A stretch of DNA of 64,000 nucleotides from Octopus vulgaris (GCA_951406725.2 OX597826.1:80662001-80726000), one strand, 5' to 3'; shown: positions 38,834 to 51,739, counted from the stretch's first letter. The notes: generated by a model not told the origin, from the sequence alone. Program-made: numbers and translations.

Positions 38834-41169
38834 TGGATCTTATCTAACCATCCAAATGATGACAGCATGGAAAGCAGATGTGAAAATGGTTTTGGTGATA
38901 GCTCAGTCACGAATCACTGTCCAAAGTACATGATCATTATTTTATTGGTGGCAAAAGGGATAAAAGGCAAGACTGACCCAGAGAGAACTTGAATTCAGAA
39001 TGTGAAGAGACATCCTGATATATCATTAGGCATTTAGTCCAGCACTAAATTACAACAGCAATAACAACAATATAGTAATGTTTTCTTTATACACCACAAG
39101 GGCAACAGATGAAGCACGAAGACAACAGCAAGGACTTCTCACTTGAAAACAAAATCGATTTCGAATGTTGTAACAGTAATATGAACAACATTGATAATAT
39201 TTTCTCTCGTAACAATAGTTAGAAAAACTTTATGAAATAGAGAGCAAATTACAAAATGGGAAGATTCAATGATTTATAAGTTCTCTAGGTTTCATTATTA
39301 TTTTATAACAATAAACCCATAATGACATAAATTATTTAACATGGTGGAGCAAGGAAACAAAACGATTCTGTTGAAATGCCATATAAATATTAAAATATAT
39401 ATGAAGAAAATACTAGAAAGGAGAAAAAAATATGCATGGGAATATTTATAAATGAATCAACAAAATGCTTTTTGATTTAAAATTACACAAAAGTATATAT
39501 CTAAAAACAAAAAAAAAATTTCAGATTTGTCTTTGACTAAATGGAGACATAAATAATGTCTAACGAATAAACAGCACCTTCAAGATTTGAAAAATGCTTT
39601 CACATGTTTTTGTGTGTGTATACACATTCACAAATTCATGTATACACACTCACACATATGTACGTAGACACATGTGCTAGTGTATAAAGATTTGCATATA
39701 CATGAAAACTGTGGGTGTGTGCATGCACACACAGACATTTCATTATATCCATGCACATTGCTATATTATAATCTTTCCATCCATGCCAGAATGGCAATGG
39801 CTTGCAGCATCTGTAAATTTTTAATATTTGGAAATTAGTGCATGCTTCACTGATGTTGCTGCTAACAACTGCAGCCAATTGTGTATTCATGAAATAGAAG
39901 AAGCAGGCACCATTTCAGTGAGGCAGAGTGAAGCAGAGCAATGTTCTGTGTGAAACAACTCAATAATAATAGCAATGTTTTTTTATGCTTTAATGTAGCC
40001 GTGCCAGGGCACCGGCTTCAAGGGTTGGTCAATCAGATCATCCCCGTTACTTATTTCAGTCAGGTGTTTGTTTTATTGAACTGCATCATGACAATATGCT
40101 TTTTGGTAACACTGGTAAAACATAAAACAGACATCAATGTGCATATGCTATGTGTTGCTGCACAGCTTCTGTCCACCAAATTTTTGCAGGATTTTCAAGG
40201 AGCTGACCAATCGAGCAGAGCCATAATAGTTTTCAGTGTTATTATGAAGCCTTTGGTCATCCCCGAACAAGTAGGCTCATCATCAAATGTGTTCAGGCTG
40301 TGACCATTCTGGTCAATGATCAATTCTGTCTGTCTAATGATTCATTCCTTTTTAAAGTCAGTAGGTTATGAGTTCAGAAAGATTTCATTGCTATTTCTAG
40401 CAGACCAGGTGACCACACAGAGTCCCCCGCATATATTATTATTAGAGTTATTATATAGGAGCAAACATGGATAAGCATGCCACTTCGGGCAAGTGTCTTC
40501 TACCAGGCAACCAAACAGGAGTGGATTTGATAGAGAGAAATAGAAAGAAGCCCATCATGTGTGTGTGTGCACGCATGCATGCATGCGTGCACATGTGTGT
40601 TACTTTCCCCTTGCTGTCGTATCTTGTGAGAGAGACACTGCCAAGTTAATGTTTTCAACATGCAAGCATTGTTCTTCAGACATGTTTTCACAGAACATTG
40701 GAACTGGTCATGGGGAAATACTATCTCATTTGAAAAAAATAGAGGATTGGCAACGGGAATGGCGCCCAGCCATAGTAAATATCCATCTCAACAAATTTTG
40801 TCTGACCCAAGCGAGGTTGGAAAGGTGGACATTAAAATGAGGTTATTGTTGCTGCTGCTATTGTATGCAAATAGGAAAAAACAATGCTAATTGTCCAGAT
40901 AAAAAAAGGGAAATGAATTAAATTGGTCATGGCTATTGAATTTCAAGGTCAGCATACTAAGACAGGTATTTGACAGGACACCAGTTCTTAATGTAGGAAG
41001 GTAACAGTATGAGTAATGTGAAAGGAAAAAGGTTGAGTTCAACAAGTTAATGCTAAGGATGAGTGAGAGCAAACTATTTTGGAAAGAGACTGCATCATAA
41101 TTTTCATGTCTATTTTTACTCAAATAGTCCTGCAGTATGTTAAATTATCATAATCAGTGGCATCTCGTA

Positions 41170-42850
41170 TTTAAGGTAACACACCTCGAGAACCAACAGT
41201 ATCTTCGCATGTCTTGCCAAGCTTTCCCCTGCCACAGGGACCTTCATCACTTAATATTATCGATAAAACTGGCTAAGAGAAGGTACAACATGACACCGAC
41301 ACACAGAGATTGAAGAATCTCAGAAGGAAGCAGATTTTTGATCCAGCAAATTGATGATTTTCTTCTACGGATAGATTCAAATGCCAATGCCATGAATCAA
41401 AAGATGTGCCTTTTATCAGAAAAGTAATATCACATGTTAAGAGACATCAGGACTTTTCTTTGTTTTTTAAGAATCAGCTTTTTCGTGCCATTCCATCTTA
41501 ACTGACATCACACCACTTTGAGAAAGGCATAAACTCCACGCAATATCATACTTTGCTGTAAAGTTTTTGCCAGATGATTCCGTATGGTTATGCTTCAAAA
41601 GACTGAGTTGACATAATTATCAAACAAAAAGTATTACAATTAATGTAATACTTTGTGTAGATCTCCAATCTCAGTCTGATTAAACTTTACCTTTAATACT
41701 TCCACAACAGGAAATTTGGGGAAATAAAAACAGTAGCCAAATGAACCCACAACAGTAATATCATTCAACTACAGCAGATTCCACTATTCTCAACTCTAAA
41801 ACAGTACAATGTTACATCCTGAGGTTATTTCTGTATTTCTCATCACAAATACTTGCCTTGTTTGTGATTCGAAAACCACACACTGCATACAATCCCTCAC
41901 TGTGGGACTTCCTTCTCCAGCAATAATGGATCCTTTCACAGGTGCAATATTACATCTATTCTAAGGCAGTGAGCTGGCAGAAACATTAGCACACTGGACA
42001 AAATGTTTAGCGGTATTTTGTCTGTCTTTACATTCTGAGTTCAAATTCCACTGAAGTCAACTTTCATCTTTTCGGGGTCGATAAATTAAGTACCAGTTGC
42101 ATACTGGGGTCGATCTAATCAACTGGCCCCTCCCACGAAATTTCGGGCCTTGTGCCTAGAGTAGAAAAGAATATTACATCTATTCTAGTAGTCACGACAA
42201 GATCCTTCCAAAAAGCTATACATCTAACTTTACAAGCATTGTTAGTTTGTCACCCAGGCAACATTTAATGAATTTATCAGGTTGGTGTAGAGTGACTCAG
42301 AGTGAGACTAGGGAGGAAAATAAGGCTAATGTGTTAATGTTTTCTCTATAATTCATTACACCTTTCAGTGCAAAGGGTGTGGAAAGAGAAAATATTGGTC
42401 AAGCCAACTTGTCATATCATGTGAGATATGAGCAAGAGGAAGTGGTACGACTGTTACCCACTGAGGATTACCAAGTCACACTAAGCCACTTTTATGGAAC
42501 CAGGATATAAGTTTAATCCTATAGTTGCATAGATAGACACAACAGATTAACACAAACATGGATTTATGGAAACTAAATGCATCTGACACAAAAGTCTAAA
42601 TGTTTCCGAAACCTCACAAAAATCTTTTAGGATCAACGCTTACTTCAAGATTTTGGAAACATGTTAGTCTATCACAAGTGACAGTCCCAGACAATTAGGT
42701 ATCTATTCCTGACAGATTTAGGAAATCTTGAATTGCATTCTTCACAGCTGGAGCAATTGAGGTGATATGCTATTGTGACATTTGTCAAGCCCAGTGATGC
42801 AATACAACACCACCTACATCAGAACTGATCTGAGGAGTTAGGTTATTATC
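41170..42850 (-). mobile_element. Highly decayed CR1/Jockey-group LINE reverse transcriptase relic (split by a SINE)
   Basis: Minus strand shows degenerate RT motifs in the expected order (SDAF, NY.I..SWF, PQ..PL.L.I..D, FA, later HL.YC) with many stops and frameshifts. Confidence 0.5.
41964..42169 (+). mobile_element. Family A SINE inserted into a decayed LINE. Other family A copies: ~4600-4775, 21115-21305, 26220-26447, 33490-33680, 48260-48435, 49080-49260
   Basis: Perfect 18-bp TSD aatattacatctattcta at 41946-41963 and 42170-42187. Confidence 0.93.
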
Positions 42851-43492
42851 GATGTGGGGGGTGTTTGTAGGGGGTGAATAAACCATTACCTCTATATTTT
42901 CTTTACACATTTACCAACCATTTAGATTGTTATCCACTCAAACGCTAGTGTGGGCACAGCTATGCAACTATAAACACATATATATTTAGACTGTACACAC
43001 CTTCACACAAACTCATACTGAGCACATAACGTTTTCACAGGTAACACCATAAAAACACATTCTCTCTCTCAACATATAGATAAATATCAACACAATAGAG
43101 GGGGTTTTTGTGGTGGTGGTGGGTTCTGTATATCTCATTGAAAATTGTAATTTAATGCCCAAAATTATTATCTGATTGCTGCCCTCTGGGAGTCAGTTAA
43201 AAAGGTCCACTTCCTCACATTTATTGATCCTGAAATCTGTTTTATATGTAGAGATGTGCTTTCATTAAATGAAATTATTGTTATTTCATGAAAACTGCAA
43301 CTGAAGCTTTCAGATTAACACAACAGTAAAACAGAAAATCAATAGTTTTAAAAACACAAGTATCCCAAAATATTAAGATCCCCTCCCAATTCTTTGCAAT
43401 GCAATTCTTTCTACAATTCTATATCTAAGAGATGAGGAAATTATGTACGTTATTACATTTGATGGATATTTGTCCTCATCTTGTTTGTTGTT

Positions 43493-43538
43493 AACACAAC
43501 ATTTCGGCTGATATACACTCCAGCCTTCATCGGGTGTC
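43493..43538 (-). ncRNA. Minimal type-I hammerhead ribozyme motif (core U4>C)
   Basis: GACAC-CCGAUGA-A-GGCUG[GAGUGUAUAU]CAGCC-GAAA-UG-UU-GUGUU. Stem I (GACAC/GUGUU) and stem II pair fully. Confidence 0.75.
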
Positions 43539-43792
43539 TTGGGGAAATTCTGAACCTGGGTTCCCATTCCTAAGGTATTTTCCTGTCTTATTATTATTAT
43601 TTTAATTATTATTATTATTATTCAGGTCACTACTTGGAATCGAACTTGGAATCTTGGGTTTAAGACTATGGGCTACTAACCCCAGGATTCCGAGTGTGAT
43701 TCCAAGCAGTGACCTGAATAATAATAATAGTAATGATAATAACATCGAAAAATACCTCAGGAATGGGAACCCAGGTTCGAAATTTCCCCCAA

Positions 43793-43836
43793 GACACCTG
43801 ATGAAGGCTGGAGGGTATATCAGCTGAAACGTGTAA
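43793..43836 (+). ncRNA. Minimal type-I hammerhead ribozyme motif (partly degenerate)
   Basis: GACAC-CUGAUGA-A-GGCUG[GAGGGUAUAU]CAGCU-GAAA-CGU. Small deletion at the cleavage site / 3' strand of stem I relative to the other arm. Confidence 0.75.
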
Positions 43837-45400
43837 ACAACAAACAAGATGAGGACAAATATCTGTCTAATGTAAATAATGTGCAATTCTTTCTGTTTCA
43901 TTAACAACGATCATTAAAGGAGGCAATGTTTTTGTGATTTTTTGGTGGAGTTAAGAGGATAGGTAGTACCCTTGACCCTTTATAAGGACTCAAACTAGTG
44001 GGAAGTTAATAAAACTGGATACCTGATTCCCAATGTTTACAACAGAGTGGACTAATAACCCTTTAACAATCATATTACTCAAATGTAATCCACCTTAAAG
44101 GGTTTCTAGTCAAATAAATTGACCTTCAGTATATATGCTTTTTTTAAAGACTGGTACTTATTCTATCAGTCTTTTTTTTTTTTTTAGCTGAAGTTACAGG
44201 TACGCAAACAAACCAACACCAGCTGTTAAGTGATGAGTGCAGACAGGCATAAACACAAAGACAGGATCCTTTCAGTTTCGGTCAACCAAATCCACTCGCA
44301 AGACTTTGGTCAGCCCTGGGTTATAATAGAAAACACTTATCCAAGGTGCCAAGTGGTGGGACTGAACCTAGAACCATGTGGTTGGGGAGCAGACTTCTTG
44401 CCACATTACCACACCTGATGGCATCTTAATGAAAAAATTACTCATCATCATCACTTAACATCCATTTTCCATGCCGGCATGGGTTAGACAGTTTGACAGG
44501 AGATAGTAACATTTTCAAACTTGTTTTTTTTAACTTTCTAAACTATCTAAAATGTCTTTTACGATTTAATCCCGAGTAACAACAAAGCAATAAAACTTTA
44601 TACATAATGATGCAATCAGATTTAAGATTAACACAGTTTGAGATAAATGAATCAATCAAGCTATTTGCTTTAACATTACTTTTTTCTTTTCTTCTTTTTT
44701 TTCCCTATCTATTAAGTAAATTTAGTCTTATCAAATGATGATCTACAAAGAAGTTCAAATATATTTTCGAGTCAGAAATACTTTTATTCATTTCAGTCAT
44801 TAGACTGCAGCCATGCTCAGGCACCGCCTTGAAGAATTTTAGTTGCAGGAATGGACCCTTGGTACTTGTTTTATCACACACCTTTGCCAAACTGCTAAGG
44901 TCCAAGGACACAAGCTCACCAACGCTGGTTAACAAGCAGTGGTGAGGGACAAACACACACACACACATACACACGCATATACACAGACACACCAAATCCA
45001 CTCACAAGGCTTTGATTGACCCAAGACTATAGAAAATACTTGTCCAAGATGTCACACACTGGGGCTGAACCTGGACCCATGTGGTTGGGAAGCAAACTTC
45101 TTACCAGACAGCCATACCTGAGCCTAAATATTAAAGGTCCATTCATAAACCTAATTTTCACATTTCAAAACCTATTTCCTAAAACTCCCATCTCATCTCA
45201 CTGCCAAGCCCCACCTTCTTTTAACGATCCTGTTAAAGATTCCTAGTGTATTACTGAGACTGTAGAATATCGGTTCATCTGAAATTTTTTTTAAAGAAGA
45301 TAATGGAATTCAGTGATTCTGAAGTTCCAAAAAGCTCAAACCAGTGAATTCTAAAGTTTGACACCTTAGCATGAATAAAATGCCTTTAGTGTTCAAATGA

Positions 45401-45562
45401 AATGAATGGTACATGTGGCATTCTGACAATGAATGGTGCATGTGGCATTCTGACAATGAATGGTGCATGTGGCATTCTGACAATGAATGGTGCATGTGGC
45501 ATACTGACAATGAATGGTGCATGTGGCATTTTGACAATGAATGGTACATGTGGCATTCTGAC
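45401..45562. repeat. Minisatellite, 6 x 27 bp (aatgaatggtgcatgtggcattctgac)
   Basis: Six directly visible near-identical units with no spacers. Confidence 0.97.
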
Positions 45563-46809
45563 AATATATATAAATATATTGTCAGAATGCCAAGTTAATG
45601 TGGCAGTCTAGAGAAATAGGATGAATGCTCCAAGAGGCGACTGCCTCTAGCTAGCTATATGACACACGAACCTGTGTCCAAAAATCTTCAAACAGGGGAG
45701 GTCATCAACTTCCCTTTCCTGGCTTGGCATCCACAGACTGGTTTTAAGGTAGTTGCCCTTGATCAATGTGGAGCAGCCAAGTTCAGCAGGGGTCACTGTT
45801 GACCTCTGTTTGAAGGTTTTATTTATATATATTCAGTGAAACACATTCACTGATTTTCAAAAATAGAAATGTTATGATTTCTAAATCTCTCTAAAGGAGA
45901 GAGAGACCAGCAGTACTGGGTATTAACATTTATTGCCAAACTAACGTGGCAGTCCAGAGAAATAATGATGCTACTGTATCATTAAAAAAAAAAAAAAGGC
46001 GTAGCTGTGTGGTAAGCTTGCTTCCCAACCACATGGTTCAGGGTTCAGTCCCACTGTGTGGCACCTTGTGAGAGGATTTCATAGATGGAAACTGAAAGAA
46101 GCGCATCACATATATATATATATGTGTCTGTGTGTGTGTGTGTTCCTACCACCATTGCTTGCCAACCAGTGTTGGTGTGTTTACGTCCCCCGCAACTTAG
46201 TGGCTCAGTAAAAGAGACTGATAGAATACCAGGCTTACAATGAATAAGTCTTGGGGTTGATCTCTTTGACTAAAAAGGCAGTGCTCCAGCATGGCTGCAG
46301 TCAAATGACTCAAACAAATAAAAAAAATAACATCACCAATCCTCCTCTTTCCTTAAATCATTCTCTGAAGCAAAACATGAAACTAATCTCAAAAAATCTT
46401 TTCTTTGTTTTTTTTTTTATCATGCATCAAGAATTTTCAGTTCGTTATAACGAGAGACATTAAATTAATTTGTGAAAATAATTCATTCAGTGATTTTAAA
46501 AACTTATAACAACCATTATTACACTTTGCTGATGAATCCTTTTCATCTTTAAGTAATTCTGCAAAACAAGAATATCTTCTCACAAATCCTATTTATAGCT
46601 TCTGATAAATACAGATAGAAAAGGTCAACAGATAATGCATGCAATGCTGGTATTGAAATGCCAAAGAGCTAGATGGAGTTTAAATGAAACAATAACTAAT
46701 TAACAGGTAATGAAATACCACAAAGCATTTCTGCCGTTTTATCATTCTGATTTTAAAAGAAACAAGCTAACCTCTTATTCCAGCACAAAAGTTTCAGGAA
46801 AATAAAGAT

Positions 46810-47410
46810 CACCATCATCATTTAACGTCCGCTTTCCATGCTAGCATAGGTTGGACCATTTGACTGAGGTCTGGCGAACCAGACTCCAATCTGATCTGGC
46901 AGAGTTTCTACAGATGGATGCCCTTCCTAATGCCAACCCCTCCGAGAGTGTAATAGATGCTTTTTACATGCCATTGGTATGAGGGCCAGTTTGGTGGTAC
47001 TGGCAATGGCCACGCCCAAATGGTATTTTTTACGTGCCATCTGCACAGGAGCCAGTCCAGCGGCACTGGCGACGACCTCGCTTGAATGTTTCATGTGCCA
47101 CCAGCACAAGTGCTAGTAAGGCGACGTGGTAACGATCACACTCGAATGGTGTGCTTAATGTGCTATCGGCACAAAGGCCAGCTTGTTGCTCTGGCAATGC
47201 TCCACTACCAATGGATGCCAGTCACCGAGTTTGACTTCGACTTCACTTGCCTCAACTGGTCTTCGCAAGCAGAGTTTAGTGTCCAATGAAGGAAAGGCAC
47301 ACATAAGTGGACTGGTTACACCCCTAGCATAGGCCACAAGGTTATGGTCACACTTGCGCTTGCCGAGTCTTCTGCAGCACAGCATATTTCCAGAGGTCCC
47401 GGTCATTAAA
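46810..47410 (-). mobile_element. RTE LINE 3' end / 3' UTR copy
   Basis: Reverse complement matches 30540-30810 and continues through internal ~55-bp repeats to the ggacgttaaatgatgatg tail. Confidence 0.88.
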
Positions 47411-47419
47411 TCATTAGAG

Positions 47420-47946
47420 ATGTAGTTGGGTGGTGAGGAGTTTGATTCCCATCCACATGGCTCTGGGTTCAATCTCACTGTGTGGTATCTTGGGCAAATG
47501 TTATGTACTTTAACTCTGGGCTAACCAAAGCCTTGTGTGGGGATCTGGTAAACGGAAACTGAAAGAAGCCTGTAGTGTGTGTATATGTGCATGCATGTGT
47601 GTATGCACATGTGTGCATGTGTGTACATATGTGCATGTGTGTATGTGTGTGCATGTGTGTATGTGTGTGCATGCATACATGCAAGCATACGTATGAGTGC
47701 ATCCTTGTCTTGACATCATGTGATAACTAAAAAATGATTTGTCACCATCATGCAAACAATGTCGTTCATTTTCGATATTCTATGAGAACATGTCTGGCCA
47801 CGGGGTAAAATATTACTCTGCTTGAAAAGAGGTGAGGGTCAGCAAGGGGAAGGGCATCCAGTCATAGAAAATCAGTCTCAATAAACTCCATCCATCCCAT
47901 TCAAGAATGGAAAAGAGGACAATTAGATGATGATGATGATGATGAT
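47420..47946 (+). mobile_element. Composite SINE ('family D'): family C head, distinct body, RTE-like GAT tail. Related copies ~2300-2520(-), 34795-35095(-), 40440-40840(+)
   Basis: The 5' half matches family C. The 3' end ggaagggcatccag.catagaaaat...cccat.caag.atggaaaag.ggac..ta.atgatgatg resembles the RTE tail. Confidence 0.78.
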
Positions 47947-50498
47947 GGAGATAAACACTTCTTTATCATTTTCAGATTTTCACAATGCTGGTGCCATTTA
48001 TAAACAGAGCCAAAGTCCAAGACCTTAAACTTACATCTCCTGTCGTCATCTCCCCTGTATATAAAGTAGTGTCAGACAAAAAGAAATGAAGCATCCTTGC
48101 CTATGAGCATACTGCTGCAGCAATAGCAGGAAGTTTAAAGACAAATTTTAGAGAATAAATTACTCAGAGAAATTACTTAGGTACGCCATAGGCATGAAAA
48201 ATGATAGTCAAGTTAGTGTTTCACTATATTCAATGCCATGGATGAATTATTTCATCAAATTTAGAGGGAGAGGGTAAATTGATTCCATTGATCCCAGTGT
48301 CCAACCAGTACTTATTTTATCGACCCCCAAAAGATGAAAGGCCAAGTCAACCTCAATAGAGTTTGAACACAAAACATAAAGAGCCAGAAGGAATGCTGCT
48401 AAACATTTCACCTGACATGGTAACGATTCAGCCAGATCAGGACCAAAATGCTGTGGATAAATTATGTCATGAGGAAAATAGAACATCAGCTTACAGTCTA
48501 ATATTGGGAAGTATGAAAGACTGAGGCACATGGCCTGGAGGTTGGGACATTGCATTCACAATCGTTAGATCATGGGTTCGATTCCCAGAGTAGGTGGCAC
48601 ATTTCAAACTGTTCCATCCCACTCAGCTTTAAATGGACAACCCTGAGATGGCCTACCCTTCTAGTCAGAGGGAATGTTGGCCTGCTCACCTAGTCAATAG
48701 GGTGACATCATTCTAAAGCTACAATGATGCAAAGTACGTTGTGCCTATCAGATGTATACTAACATCTGATAGTCTGGTTGATACTGTGACAAGAGACTGA
48801 GACAATCCTGAGAAAATGCTTGTCTCATCAGACCTCCTCAACAAAGCATAGACTTCAGTGTTCTTGTCCCAAGTGGTCAGTAGTTCGGGACCTTAACCAC
48901 ACATCCACAAATCGCTTTGTGGTTGAAACACATAAACCGGATACACTACTCTTACTGAATAACATTTTTAAATCGTAAAAAATATTTAATACAATAAACA
49001 GTGGTTGTTATAATTTCAAAAATAACTTTGTTATTTATAACTTTACAATCTTGTCAATGGTGGACAAAATTACTGATTTCAAATTATGGCACAAGACTAG
49101 CAATTTTGGAGGAGGTGGGTGAGTCCATTGCATTGACCCCAGGGCTCAACTGGTGCTTATTTTATGAACCCTGAAAGAATTAAAGGCAAAACTGACCTCA
49201 GCAGAATTTGAATTCAGAACGTAAAGATGGATGAAATGCCATGAAGCATTTTGCCTTGGGTGGTGGACAAAAATTATTAATTATTGATAAAAATTAGAAG
49301 TTGCCCTCCTCAGCTCAAGCAAGTAAAACTTAAATAGTGCTAGGTTAAAGAGGTCACAAAATTTCAATGAAAGGAAGCATTCCAAGCATAACTGTGTGGA
49401 AGTTTGAAATGTTGCTGGGTCTCCTACTACTTTTTCCTGGATATAAACACACTTCCTCCTGTTACTGTTGAACATTATTCCTAAGTTATCACAAGCTACC
49501 ATTGCAGGTTTTAAATGAAGTTAACATTGAATGCGGAAACAGATGAAAAGTGTTATTTAATGGCCTCAAGGAGGTTTGGGGCAGATACAGCAAGAAGAGT
49601 AAATGAACAATTACTCGTTAAGCAGTTAGGATGAAAATGGACAAGTAGTTGTTAGGTGGCCAGGAGGAAAATGGACACTTGGCAAAGCAAGCAAATTCTG
49701 AGAAATTACAAAGTTGATAGACATCAGTTTATATACTGCTTCATTAGCACAAACAAAACAAATCCAACTAATTAGATGACTATATTCCAAGTTGCTGACA
49801 GTTCAATTTGATTCCATTTGGAGCCATTTTCATAACCTCAAGTGTTTTGATAACTCAATTTTGGTTAAATTGAGAAGTATTACTTTCAACCATTGAGAAA
49901 CTTCAAAATATTAACTTTCTGTAATGGCTTCCCCCACCCCAACCCTCTATAATCTTACATTTCCAACATTAATAAGGCTATACTAATATATTTTCCAGGC
50001 AACAGATGTGTGAACAATTTTCCACACAGACATGGAATGCAAATCATATCGGATAAGGATAATACGTGTACAGGCTAAACATTTTGAAGAAATATCTTGT
50101 TACTTTACTGTAAAATAGTTGTTTTCACAGTCATGAAACAATGATTGGTGAGACCAAGTTACTGGACTTGGACATAATTTTGATGAAAGTTCATACATTA
50201 CAACAGTTGTTGGGTTGCAGCTCCTGGGCAAAGCAGAAAACTCAACATATCTTAGTTTATACGGCTAATAATAGGTTCTACCCTTTTCTAATTGAGTAAA
50301 AAGAGAACCCAGTTGAAAAGCGAATGGCAAAAGAAAATGCTTATCCCAAAATCTATAAAGAAAACAAAATGGATGTAAAATAGTGGATGGGGAGGAGGAA
50401 TACACTTAGAAATCACAAAAATAGAAGTTTTCTCTCCCTCCACATTAAGGAGGATTCAGCTCTGCCTGATAACAATATCAAACACAAACCATACAAAC

Positions 50499-51054
50499 CA
50501 CTGGTTCTCAAACTTTGCAAAACATTTTACATGCTGGTCCCCTTACCATTTTGATTTACGATGATTCATGATCCTCTATAAAATAATTGCAGGATAATCA
50601 ACAAGGAAAAAAATGACATTTATGTATCATAATTTCTGGACTATGAACTGCACCACCCATAGACCCACAACCCTGAAAACCACAACTTAATCCGGCTGTG
50701 CTCCATTGGGATACAATAAATGTACCTGAAAATGTAGGGAATCAGTTGATCAATTGGTTACAATACAAATGAAAAACGATAAATACCGACAGCACATGCA
50801 CAATCAACCATTATACCTTTTCTATTGGCTAATCACTTTTCAAGTACAAGTGTGATTGGCTAATGAGTGTATAGGTGTGGTATGGGTTTTTGAGACCAAT
50901 GACAAAAAAAGGTTGATAGCATGCTAAAAATTGAAAGTCTTTAAATTTTTAAACTGAACCCTTTTTTAGCAATACTTCAGCGTCCCTTTGCAATCCCCCT
51001 AAAATCGCTTTGTGGTCCCCTAGGAGCCTGCAGATCCCATTTTGAGGACCACTG
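50499..51054. mobile_element. hAT (Charlie-like) MITE. Similar termini at ~19780-19908, 26013-26215, 28757-28954, 52788-53205, 63300-63415
   Basis: TIRs cactggttctcaaa / tttgaggaccactg. 8-bp TSD ata(c/t)aaac. Confidence 0.8.
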
Positions 51055-51739
51055 ATATAAACAGTAGCAATTTGTTGACACTATTCTGTCTAACTACTGT
51101 TCTAACTCCTCCTGAACAAAACAAACTAAACACAAGGATCTGGTATTTGGCGATTACAAAAGAGGCTGGGAAACGCTAAGTAAAGAAAACCTCATCATCA
51201 CCATCATAATTTAACATCTACTTTTCCATGCTTGTATGGATCTGACAAGGTTTATCAAATTTAAAGTAATTACACCTAACCTCATCATCAGTGTTATATT
51301 ATTCAACTATTTAACATTTTGAAAATCAGTTTTGTTTTCTCAAGCCTTTCTCAAATTGAGAAGCACCAATGCTCTAGCCAACATTAGTAACACCACCAAT
51401 GCTCTAGCCAACATTAGTAATAACAAGAACATCACAAATAAACTTTGTAAACACAACATAAAAAAAAATCTTAAACCGTCAGTAGAATATTAACGACATT
51501 AAAAACAACTTTATGAAGCCTAAAGATTTTATAATCACATGCAAAATCCATGTTGTAACAATGCAAGAAACATTCTTACAGACTAAATATAGAATTCTCA
51601 GCATTCTAAATTCTAGACAAATGGAACTAGAAAGAGACTATCACAACAGATTCAGCTTGATTACATATATATATAAAGATGTCTATTCCATATTTAGGTA
51701 AAACCGATGCTTGTGAACTAACAGGAAAGGAGACTACAC

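Larger units (their letters stand above)
43413..43881. mobile_element. Palindromic retro-insertion with tRNA-like head and hammerhead motifs (Penelope-like/retrozyme-type)
   Basis: Inverted arms ~43447-43660 / ~43678-43881. Perfect 13-bp TSD tgcaattctttct at 43400-43412 and 43882-43894. Confidence 0.85.

Noticed and set aside
41200-41430. Plus-strand CCHC/RYxWRH-like R2/Hero fragment
   Set aside because: It needs several frameshifts. The region is better explained as part of the minus-strand CR1-like relic.
43660-43715. Functional tRNA gene
   Set aside because: The 5' half (acceptor stem, A-box) is missing and the T-arm does not pair. It is treated as a tRNA-derived element head.
45401-45611. 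CRISPR-like array or repetitive protein (MWHSDNEWC / MNGACGILT ORFs)
   Set aside because: The units are contiguous with no spacers and there are no cas genes. The ORFs are by-products of a 27-bp minisatellite.
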